Both the position numbers and the translations under genes were made by a program. A stretch of DNA of 64,000 nucleotides from a bacterium (GTDB lineage: Bacteria > Patescibacteriota > Minisyncoccia > Phycocordibacterales > Phycocordibacteraceae), in contig JAJYCP010000001.1 of NCBI GenBank assembly GCA_021778295.1, forward strand, positions 66,513 through 130,512, written 5' to 3'. The notes under the pieces were generated by a model. The model saw nothing but the letters and a program-made list of their open reading frames with translations, had not been told where the DNA came from and did no database searches. Positions 18,848 through 26,750 of the stretch are shown piece by piece (the first letter of the stretch is position 1; the number at the start of each line of letters is the position of its first letter).

Positions 18848-19623
18848 GGAAATTCATCACCTATCCTCCGCGCTTCTCCGATCGCAAGGTCAAAAATTGT
18901 CTTCATTAATTCCGCAATTTTCTTACTTCTAATGAACGCTGTAAAAAGGAATGTGTGCGACATAAAAATCGTCTTATCATCGTAGACAGCAAAATCAGCA
19001 GGGAATCGATACCTGTCTTCTGAGATAAAAAAATGTGTATCCAAATCCTTAGACACAGGCATATTCTTAAATGCATTCATACTGTGAGGCTCTGCCGGAT
19101 GAATCCCAACCATACCGATGTTTCTTTCCATCCGTTTCTGGACATAGGGAGGTAGATAATCGGGTAAGGTTCTAAAAATTTCAGGACCGGAGGAAATAAC
19201 CCGCATATATCCCTCTTTTAGAGAAAGACTATCATCAAATCCGTCTATTAACCCCTGCCGTCCTTCAAGTATAGTAACTTTGGGCCTGTAACGTGCCCCC
19301 CGATGTTTCGAGGAAAGTGTCGGAAGCATGGTCCGCAGGTTTTTACTAAGCAGCTCATGCTTTTCAGTCTTTTCCTTTGCTAGTTGCAGAAGATGTTCGG
19401 GTGGGGCAGCCACATATTTTCTGACCCCATGAGTAGTTCCGATGCTTATGAGCCCTTGTTTAATAAGCCGTTCAATGACTACGTACATTGAGCTACGGTT
19501 GATACCTGTCTCCTTACTAGCCAACTGAGCTGTAGCTCCATCGAGGGACAAAAGTGCAAGGTAGACCTGAGCATCCTTTTCGGGAAGCCCTAGTGCAGAG
19601 AGTCGTTTTGCGAGGGGTGTCAT
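18844..19623 (-). CDS. TrmB-family transcriptional regulator
   Basis: LGLPEKDAQVYLALL…INRSSMYVVIERLIKQGLI; VTILEGRQG; AVYDDKTIFMS. Confidence 0.88.
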   Translation of the reverse strand: MTPLAKRLSALGLPEKDAQVYLALLSLDGATAQLASKETGINRSSMYVVIERLIKQGLISIGTTHGVRKYVAAPPEHLLQLAKEKTEKHELLSKNLRTMLPTLSSKHRGARYRPKVTILEGRQGLIDGFDDSLSLKEGYMRVISSGPEIFRTLPDYLPPYVQKRMERNIGMVGIHPAEPHSMNAFKNMPVSKDLDTHFFISEDRYRFPADFAVYDDKTIFMSHTFLFTAFIRSKKIAELMKTIFDLAIGEARRIGDEFP

Positions 19624-19780
19624 ATTGGCACAACAGGCGGAAACTCACTTCGCCCATTTGTTGTCACATACTAGCAACAGTATTCAATATAAGCAAGCAA
19701 CTACGGGCTTAGAGGTGAGGCAGTCCATTCTGACATTTTTACCCTCATTTCGATCTTCTTTCGAAAATAGTTGTTAATTG

Positions 19781-19876
19781 TTGACAACATTCTCCTCTTG
19801 GACAAACTACCCATAGACTGTTCTTTGTCATGGATTGTCCGTGACCAGGGTAACAGTTGCTTTGTGGAGATGTGTG
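19781..19876 (+). promoter_or_regulatory. Conserved promoter plus structured 5' leader, copy 2
   Basis: TTGACA-16-CAAACT, AGACTGTTCTTTG…CAGGGTAACAGTT…TTTGTGGAGATG. Confidence 0.75.
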
Positions 19877-20461
19877 ATGAAACACATTCATCATGAATTA
19901 CCGTGGGGTAGCAATTCTTCTCCAGTCCTTGCAATCGGCGGCGGTGATGGCGGTTGTTATCAGAAAATCCAGGCGCTCGATTTGGAACCCATCATGGTCA
20001 AACTCATGGATCCGGTCGAGGGTGAAGGATGGACCCTTGAGCAGGTGCGCGAGACGGAGGTCTGGTACAAGCGGTTTCTGTACCTCAACGCCGTCTATCC
20101 AGATCGCTCAATCGTGCCGACTCATGCTATTGACTCGTTCTGGCACTACCACATCCTCGACACGCTGAAGTATGCTGAGGACTGCCAGATCGCGTTCGGC
20201 TACTTCCTGCACCATTTCCCGTACTTCGGTATGCGCGGTGACGAAGACCAACAGAACCTCCTGGATGCGAGCGAGCAGACTTGGGATCTGTTTCGCGAAC
20301 ACTTCAACGAAGAACCGGTAATCCTGCACGGAGATGTGAGCAAATGCGTTAAATCGTGCACTGGCAAAACATGTTCTCATTGCAAGGCTCCAACCTGTTC
20401 CAGTGGTCCGAAGGTGCGGAGCAACGAACGTCCGCGACTGGCTGTTGCGGTGGCCGTGTAG
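19877..20461 (+). CDS. GRDP-like (glycine-rich-domain-protein-like) protein with a Cys-rich tail
   Basis: YKRFLYL…VPTHAIDSFWHYHILDTLKYAEDC…FLHHFP; tail KCVKSCTGKTCSHCKAPTC. Confidence 0.8.
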   Translation: MKHIHHELPWGSNSSPVLAIGGGDGGCYQKIQALDLEPIMVKLMDPVEGEGWTLEQVRETEVWYKRFLYLNAVYPDRSIVPTHAIDSFWHYHILDTLKYAEDCQIAFGYFLHHFPYFGMRGDEDQQNLLDASEQTWDLFREHFNEEPVILHGDVSKCVKSCTGKTCSHCKAPTCSSGPKVRSNERPRLAVAVAV

Positions 20462-20493
20462 CTATACCGCTAAGTGGCGCGGCAAGACTCAAT

Positions 20494-20525
20494 GAGAGGC
20501 CGGAGATTTTTCCGGCCTCTTTTTA
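20494..20525. terminator. Intrinsic terminator
   Basis: AGAGGCCGGA-GATTTT-TCCGGCCTCT followed by T tract. Confidence 0.7.
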
Positions 20526-21404
20526 TTTTAGAAAAGCATCGAACCAGTTAACAATTTCTTGATCCACTTGTGTCTCGTATTCTTCTAATGCATGTGTACC
20601 CCGTGGATATGCTATGAGCTTGAAATCACGGAAATGTCCAGCTGCTTTTTCTGCAAACCGAAATGCTTCGCGTGAGTCAACGCGCCAATCTGCCATTCCA
20701 CACAACACTAAAAGTGGCACAGCACGCGGAATCTCTTTATACCAATAGATGACTGAACGTTTTTTCTTTTCTTCACGTGAACCACCAAACATTTTCTGAA
20801 AATGTTTTCTCATTTCTGGACGGTATGTCTCCTGGAAAAACAAATCGGTAGGGCCAGATACAACAACCGCAGCGCGTACCCATCTTGTTTTCTGAAGCGT
20901 GCGATACGTCATAATACCTCCGCGGCTAAAGCCATACATGCCGATTTTCTTTGTATCGCAAAAAGATAGTCCTGCGATAATTTTTTTTAGATTTATCACA
21001 TCATGAAGATCCAAACCACCCATCTCATCAACGCCTTCACCTCCAGCAACACCAGAATATTGAGATGCGATAACGACATAGCCAGCGCGCGCGAGCGCGG
21101 CAATAGTGCCAGTAAATAACCATCCGATTCGAATTGCGCCAAATTCACCACTACCGCCACGGTTGTACACTACAGTCGGTGCGCGAGCAGTATGTTTCTT
21201 TGGTACAACTATATAGCCCACAACCGCATGGCCTTGAGAAGTGTAAGTGAATCGGTAAGCGGTCATATACTTCTGGTTCTTTTTCACTTCAACGGAAAAG
21301 TCTTGACCGAATCGAGCCCGGAGTTCTCTGGTTATAACGATTTTTCTTACCTCGCGCACGATTGGGACTTTCATAAGATCGCGCAACACAAGATCATCTT
21401 TCAT
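20523..21404 (-). CDS. S9 (prolyl-oligopeptidase-family) alpha/beta hydrolase
   Basis: YNRGG, GFSRGG nucleophile elbow, ADWRV (Asp), GTH (His). Confidence 0.88.
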   Translation of the reverse strand: MKDDLVLRDLMKVPIVREVRKIVITRELRARFGQDFSVEVKKNQKYMTAYRFTYTSQGHAVVGYIVVPKKHTARAPTVVYNRGGSGEFGAIRIGWLFTGTIAALARAGYVVIASQYSGVAGGEGVDEMGGLDLHDVINLKKIIAGLSFCDTKKIGMYGFSRGGIMTYRTLQKTRWVRAAVVVSGPTDLFFQETYRPEMRKHFQKMFGGSREEKKKRSVIYWYKEIPRAVPLLVLCGMADWRVDSREAFRFAEKAAGHFRDFKLIAYPRGTHALEEYETQVDQEIVNWFDAFLK

Positions 21405-21449
21405 AATAACTATATGCTAGCAGGGTATAAAATCAGTGTCTATCTCCGG

Positions 21450-21480
21450 TAATTACTACTACTAATAGTAGTAGTAATTA
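21450..21480. repeat. Perfect 15-bp inverted repeat with a 1-nt centre
   Basis: TAATTACTACTACTA-A-TAGTAGTAGTAATTA between divergent genes. Confidence 0.85.
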
Positions 21481-21803
21481 ATAGGAACAGGAGTCCAAAA
21501 ATGGATCCGCCAAGCTGTATTCTCCAAGGACTAGGGAGTTTGAGAATCATTGAGAAAAGTTTTAACCGTATACTACACAGGTAGCAGTATCCGACGATCA
21601 GTGTAGTGGTCACGAAGGTTCAACAGGCGGCGGTAACGGAACAAGGGGCAAATAATCTGATGTTCCCATTAGGCTGGTAGTTGAAAAATCAACTACTCAT
21701 ACCCCGAGTGTTTCCGAATAATGAAACACCTGAGGATTAACGAGGTTAGCATTTCTTAAATCAGTTATAATGGAACTATGGGGGTTTTCTTAACCCAACG
21801 AAT

Positions 21804-22865
21804 ATGGTTCCCGATAACACAATTCTTCTTGAAATTCTGCGAGATGCTTGTCGAGCTCCCTCTGGTGATAATGTTCAGCCGTGGCGTTTCCGGTGGGACG
21901 GCTTGACACTATCCCTCTACAACATCCCTGGCATCCATAACTCATACCTTGATTTTGAAGAACGTGGCGCATATATCGCACATGGTGCGCTCCTCGAGAA
22001 CCTCGCGATTGCCGCCCCACATTACGGCTACAACGTCTCGATAATGCTCTTCCCGGATCAGGGGATGCCCGACCTTGTCGCACGCGTCGCCTTTGCGCCT
22101 AGCGCTACATATGACGACCCGCTGTATGCGAGCATTCAGAGACGCGCAACAAACCGTCGACCGTATGCATCACGCGCACTTGCGTCCGATGCACGTGCCG
22201 CGCTCAAGGACGTTGCGATGCCTGAGGGTATGACGCTCGTTCTCATTGAAGATGCTGCAAAAAGAGAGACGCTCGCGCCGCATATAAGCGCAATCGAGCA
22301 GCTCTTGCTCGGCCATGCGGCTCTGTCGAGCGCATTTTTCGCTCATATCGTGTGGACGAAGCGTGAAGAACGTGCGAGACGTAGCGGATTCTACGTAAAA
22401 ACCATGGAGTTCAATCCAGTGCAGGCATTCGTATTCAAGCTCGCGAGTAAGCCCTGGCTTATGCGCGCGTTCCGCAAACTTGGGCTCCCCGCACTCATTG
22501 CGAGTGAAGATGCTAAGATATATGGGGGAGGCTCGGCACTCGGGGGACTGTATGCGCCAGACTTTTCCAAAACCAGCGCACTTGCGCTCGGACGTGCACT
22601 TGAGCGCGTATGGCTTACTGCGACGACGCACGGACTCGCGTTCCAACCACTCTTCGGTACCACCATGATGGGGTACAAGTCGCGCCGCGGCGAAGCGATG
22701 TTCCTCTCGGATGCGGAACGTGCCGCCATTGAAGTAAGCGCGCTCTCTCTTGAGACGGCATTCAGAAATACGCGCGATACACCGACGCTCATCTTCCGTG
22801 TCGGCTATGCCCAGGAACCGAGTGCGTATACGTCTCGGAAGGAACCGAACATAGTTTATAATTAG
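21804..22865 (+). CDS. Nitroreductase-like FMN oxidoreductase (Acg/Rv1355c C-terminal type)
   Basis: RAPSGDNVQPWRF, RATNRRPY, GRALERVWLTAT…AFQP, FRVGY. Confidence 0.88.
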   Translation: MVPDNTILLEILRDACRAPSGDNVQPWRFRWDGLTLSLYNIPGIHNSYLDFEERGAYIAHGALLENLAIAAPHYGYNVSIMLFPDQGMPDLVARVAFAPSATYDDPLYASIQRRATNRRPYASRALASDARAALKDVAMPEGMTLVLIEDAAKRETLAPHISAIEQLLLGHAALSSAFFAHIVWTKREERARRSGFYVKTMEFNPVQAFVFKLASKPWLMRAFRKLGLPALIASEDAKIYGGGSALGGLYAPDFSKTSALALGRALERVWLTATTHGLAFQPLFGTTMMGYKSRRGEAMFLSDAERAAIEVSALSLETAFRNTRDTPTLIFRVGYAQEPSAYTSRKEPNIVYN

Positions 22866-22872
22866 GGCACCC

Positions 22873-24471
22873 ATGGGTGCCCTTGCGAATTTTGATCTCT
22901 TGTCGGTGGGCGTTGCCATCGCGGGCACGCTTGTGCTCGGGTTCGTCATTTATTTCACAGACCAGAAGAGCAGTACGAACCGCATTTTCTTCGCGTTCGC
23001 ATTCGTCACCGCAATATGGGGCTTGCTCAACTATCTCAGTTATCGCGTCGAAGATCTATCCATCGCGTTCGCACTCCTACGCTTCGAACTCGCGCTCGCC
23101 GTGTGGCAAACGTTCATAATTTTTCGACTCCTGCTCATCTTTCCGGATCACAACGACACGCTTCCACGGCGCTATCTGCTCGCGCTTGTCGTGTACACGG
23201 GCGTCATATCCGTGCTGTGCCTTACGCCGTTCGTCTTCGAGCGTATCACTGCAGTTACCGCCACTGGGTATATCAAAGACATAGCCGTCGGGCCGGCAAT
23301 CGCGCTCTTCGGCGTCACAAGTATAGGGTTCGTCCTTGCAGGATGGGTAGTGTGCGCCCGAAAGACGTTCCGCCTCATGGGCACACAGCGTGCGCAAACG
23401 GGATTCTTCCTGCTCGGAGCGATTACGATGTTCTTGCCAATCATCATCCTGAACTTCATCTTCCCAGCATTCTTGCGGGATTCGAGGTTCGTTCCGTACG
23501 GTGCGGTCTCGATATTCCCGTTCGTACTGTTCACGTCCTACGCAATCCTGCGTTTCCATTTGTTCAACATCAAGGTCATCACGACTTCCATACTCGTATT
23601 CGTGCTTTCCGTCGTTTCATTTGGCCAGGTCCTTTTCTCGGATACGTTGCCTACGATGCTGTTCCAGACAAGCGTTTTCGTCCTCGTCCTCGTCTTCGGC
23701 ATCAATCTGATACGGAGCGTCATACGCGAAGTAGAGCAACGAGAGAAAATACAGAAGCTCGCCGAGGAGCTCGCGGCGACCAACGAGCGACAGGAGACGC
23801 TGATTCACTTCATCGGGCACGAAGTCAAAGGGTTCCTGGCCAAGGACGCAGGCGCGTTCACTTCGCTTGTTGACGGCGATTTTGGCGTATTGCCCGGGGA
23901 ATTGAAACCGCTTGTGGAACGCGCGCTCGTTGAGACGCGGCAGGGCGTTGCGTCGGTGGAGGCTCTCCTAAAGGCGGCAAACTTGAAGAAAGGGACCGTA
24001 ACGTATACAAAAGCGCCGTTTGACCTCAAAGAGCTCGTTGCGGGGGCCGTAGAGAAAGAGAGGCCTGCGGCTGAGAACAAAGGGCTCGCGCTCTCGTTTA
24101 CAGCCGACGACGCGTCGTACCAAATGACGGGGGATAAGGGGCAAATCAACGACCACGTCCTGCGCAACCTCATAGATAACGCTGTCAATTACACGCCATC
24201 GGGCTCGATTGCAGTATCGCTCAGGCGCGAGGGCGACAAGCTCGTGTTCGCAGTGAAAGACAGTGGCGTCGGCATCACCGACGAAGACAAGCAGCGTCTT
24301 TTCACCGAGGGCGGCCACGGCAAGGATTCGCAGAAGGTGAATGTCCATTCCACCGGCTATGGTCTTTACATCGCAAAGCAGATAGTCGAGGCGCACGGCG
24401 GCACCATCCGCGCCGAGTCTGAAGGGCAGGGCAAGGGCTCGACGTTTATCGCAGAATTTCCGGCCCAGTAA
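22873..24471 (+). CDS. Sensor histidine kinase with a polytopic (7TM-type) N-terminal domain
   Basis: Multiple TMs; H-box FIGHEVKG; N box NLIDNAVNYT; G1 DSGVGI; G2 TGYGLYIA. Confidence 0.93.
   Translation: MGALANFDLLSVGVAIAGTLVLGFVIYFTDQKSSTNRIFFAFAFVTAIWGLLNYLSYRVEDLSIAFALLRFELALAVWQTFIIFRLLLIFPDHNDTLPRRYLLALVVYTGVISVLCLTPFVFERITAVTATGYIKDIAVGPAIALFGVTSIGFVLAGWVVCARKTFRLMGTQRAQTGFFLLGAITMFLPIIILNFIFPAFLRDSRFVPYGAVSIFPFVLFTSYAILRFHLFNIKVITTSILVFVLSVVSFGQVLFSDTLPTMLFQTSVFVLVLVFGINLIRSVIREVEQREKIQKLAEELAATNERQETLIHFIGHEVKGFLAKDAGAFTSLVDGDFGVLPGELKPLVERALVETRQGVASVEALLKAANLKKGTVTYTKAPFDLKELVAGAVEKERPAAENKGLALSFTADDASYQMTGDKGQINDHVLRNLIDNAVNYTPSGSIAVSLRREGDKLVFAVKDSGVGITDEDKQRLFTEGGHGKDSQKVNVHSTGYGLYIAKQIVEAHGGTIRAESEGQGKGSTFIAEFPAQ
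24398..24461 (+). repeat. 64-bp direct repeat, copy 1 (3' end of the kinase gene)
   Basis: GCGGCACCATCCGCGCCGAGTCTGAAGGGCAGGGCAAGGGCTCGACGTTTATCGCAGAATTTCC, identical at 26573-26636. Confidence 0.95.
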
Positions 24472-24568
24472 ACGACCCATCTTGATATTTTTTAATTTTG
24501 TGATATACAAAGGTCAGAAATGACTTTCGAAAGTAGTTCTTTTCCACCCAGCCTGTGGGAGTCAAGTC

Positions 24569-25495
24569 ATGTCTCAGAAAAACGTTTTGATCGTTAGTAA
24601 CACTGACGATGCACATGCTACGGCAGTCCAGGATCGACTTAGGGAACGCTCAATACTGGTGGGCCGTTTGGACAGCGACACGTTCACTTTTGGACAGCAT
24701 GTATGGCGCATCCGCTCAGACACAAACCTGGAATCAAGCTCCTCCTGGTATGTTCCAGATGTGAATGTCATCTGGTATCGGAAAGTGAGGTTCCCAGAAC
24801 CAACTAATGCAGTCCGATCCTTTCTAAATCAGGAAGCTCAAGGGTTGTTTGACTGTATCCTCGCCGATTATCACGACTGTAGATGGGTCAACCCGCGTGA
24901 TCGACTTGCTGAAGCAAGGTCCAAGATCGTGCAGTTGCAACGCGCTAAAGGTGCAGGACTGCGTATTCCCGATACAATCGTCACCACCAGCGTGGAAGCA
25001 TTAGGAGAATTTTCGGCTCGCCACAATGGTCAAATCGTTGCAAAACCAATCCAAGCACAAATTGTGGGTTCAGGCGACGATGCCCTAGTCATTGGGACCA
25101 GGCAGTTAAGCTTGGGGCATTTCGAATCAGCGGTCAGATTCTCTCCCTGTTATGCGCAAGAGCGGTTGTCATTGAAGTCAGAGATCAGGGTCGTTGCTTT
25201 CGGAGACCGGCTCCATTCTTTTCGGCTTACTGCGAAAGAAAAAGCCGATGATCTCAAGCAGCTCAAGTTGAGCAAAATTGATCATGAGCGATGCGAATTG
25301 GATGAAAGCACCTCACGAAAGATTCGCTCAGTCATGTCGCTCTACGGTTTGGAGTTCGCTGCAATTGATCTCGCCGTCATCGACGATGAGGAGCCCGTGT
25401 TTTTAGAGCTCAATCCGAACGGTCAGTGGCTGTGGCTGCAGTATATGACCGGTGAGAACCTAATCGACCCGTTCATAGACCTGCTATGTCCTTAA
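24569..25495 (+). CDS. MvdC/MvdD-type ATP-grasp peptide ligase (putative graspetide synthetase)
   Basis: IWYRK, WVNP, SKIVQLQRAKGAGLRIPDT, VAKPI, YAQERL, EIRV, FAAID, FLELNPNGQWLWL. Confidence 0.9.
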   Translation: MSQKNVLIVSNTDDAHATAVQDRLRERSILVGRLDSDTFTFGQHVWRIRSDTNLESSSSWYVPDVNVIWYRKVRFPEPTNAVRSFLNQEAQGLFDCILADYHDCRWVNPRDRLAEARSKIVQLQRAKGAGLRIPDTIVTTSVEALGEFSARHNGQIVAKPIQAQIVGSGDDALVIGTRQLSLGHFESAVRFSPCYAQERLSLKSEIRVVAFGDRLHSFRLTAKEKADDLKQLKLSKIDHERCELDESTSRKIRSVMSLYGLEFAAIDLAVIDDEEPVFLELNPNGQWLWLQYMTGENLIDPFIDLLCP

Positions 25496-25559
25496 CGTGT
25501 TGCTTCCGAGCCCATTACCCCAGCGGGTAGTGGGCTCCTCTGTTAGTATAATCAGACGC

Positions 25560-26303
25560 ATGATAAAAGTTGCATCTAACAAATTGACAGCATTGACCAA
25601 AGTATTGCCACAACCGCTTGATTTTATAGTCGTTGGAGAAATGCACGGTTCCAGACAAAATGCGCCTCTCGTACAAGAATTGTTATTGACCGTTCTTACA
25701 GAACAGAAACCAGTAACCGTCGCTTTTGAATGGCTGCTCACCGATCCCGAACTCGATGCGTTGCGAAGATATGTATGTGGTGGCGAGACACCAGCGCAAC
25801 TATCAACTTTCTTTCTGGACTCCGATGGACGTTTTACTTTGGAACACATCGCCTTATTGAAGTGGATTCGCGCCTATAATGCTACGCACCATAATCTTAT
25901 TGATCTATACGCATTCGATAAGCCAAGCAAGAGCGGGGCATCAGATCAAGTCATGGCTGACTCATTACGTACTTATAAAAAGCGCCACCCCGAGTCACTA
26001 ATTCTGATTGAGACTGGCAATATGCACGCAAGAAATTCAATCGATATGTCTATAGGCGCCGGGCAGGTATCAATGGCTACGATATTGAAAAAAGACTATC
26101 TTGTGTTTTCCATTTTCTTGCACTATATACAGGGCAAGATATTGGTAGAAGGAGAAAATAGAGATGTAATGGAGGCGACGTCACAACAAGAGGGTCCGAG
26201 AACTTATTTTGATGCCATGATTGAGATACCTGTTTCGGAGCCAGCTCGAAATCCTAATGACTTGACGGAGATTTTTCAATTGCTACAATCCCGGCCAGCG
26301 TGA
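25560..26303 (+). CDS. EreA/ChaN/TIKI-superfamily-like hydrolase
   Basis: FIVVGEMHG, VAFEW, ETGNMHA; TATAAT 7 nt upstream of ATG. Confidence 0.6.
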   Translation: MIKVASNKLTALTKVLPQPLDFIVVGEMHGSRQNAPLVQELLLTVLTEQKPVTVAFEWLLTDPELDALRRYVCGGETPAQLSTFFLDSDGRFTLEHIALLKWIRAYNATHHNLIDLYAFDKPSKSGASDQVMADSLRTYKKRHPESLILIETGNMHARNSIDMSIGAGQVSMATILKKDYLVFSIFLHYIQGKILVEGENRDVMEATSQQEGPRTYFDAMIEIPVSEPARNPNDLTEIFQLLQSRPA

Positions 26304-26333
26304 ATCCCACGCTGCCTTGATACGGAGAAACGT

Positions 26334-26477
26334 ATGTTGCCATTCCTTTTGGAGTTTGCCAACAAACCAGATCTCGAGCCGGAGCTTCTCCAGCGAAAGG
26401 ATCTTTCCCACGAAGAGGTGGTCGATATGAGCACCTTCCACACCCGTTGCGGTCACCCTCGCCACATCGACGACTGA
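26334..26477 (+). CDS. Putative graspetide precursor peptide (47 aa; not in ORF track)
   Basis: GGAG SD; MLPFLLEFANKPDLEPELLQRKDLSHEEVVDMSTFHTRCGHPRHIDD*; followed by a terminator. Confidence 0.78.
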   Translation: MLPFLLEFANKPDLEPELLQRKDLSHEEVVDMSTFHTRCGHPRHIDD

Positions 26478-26496
26478 TTGTATTCGGCCGCGCCAG

Positions 26497-26530
26497 AACC
26501 CTCGCAATCAAATGCGAGGGTTTTCTTTTT
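26497..26530 (+). terminator. Intrinsic terminator after the precursor gene
   Basis: AACCCTCGCA-ATCAAA-TGCGAGGGTT followed by TTCTTTTT. Confidence 0.8.
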
Positions 26531-26572
26531 ATGCGTAACCGAGGAAGTGTCGGTCCTGATGTGGAACACACA

Positions 26573-26636
26573 GCGGCACCATCCGCGCCGAGTCTGAAGG
26601 GCAGGGCAAGGGCTCGACGTTTATCGCAGAATTTCC
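26573..26636 (+). repeat. 64-bp direct repeat, copy 2 (orphan kinase 3' end, reads …FIAEFPAG*)
   Basis: Identical to 24398-24461. Confidence 0.95.
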
Positions 26637-26750
26637 TGCGGGATAGATTCAAAGAATCTCGTGCCCCGGCCTGATTCAGGCGCTTTTGATTTGCAAAACA
26701 AAATAGTGCTACAGTATGGGAATTAGCAGATAATGATTGAGAATACGCAC

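Noticed and set aside
23016-23873. Long alternative-frame or antisense ORFs (also 28439-29296, 38024-38836, 44348-45193, 55912-56688)
   Set aside because: Shadow ORFs of GC-rich genes with Arg-rich, motif-free translations that overlap well-supported CDSs.
26283-26507. 74-aa minus-strand ORF in the track
   Set aside because: It is antisense to the plus-strand 47-aa precursor, which has an SD, the same orientation as the ligase and a matching terminator.
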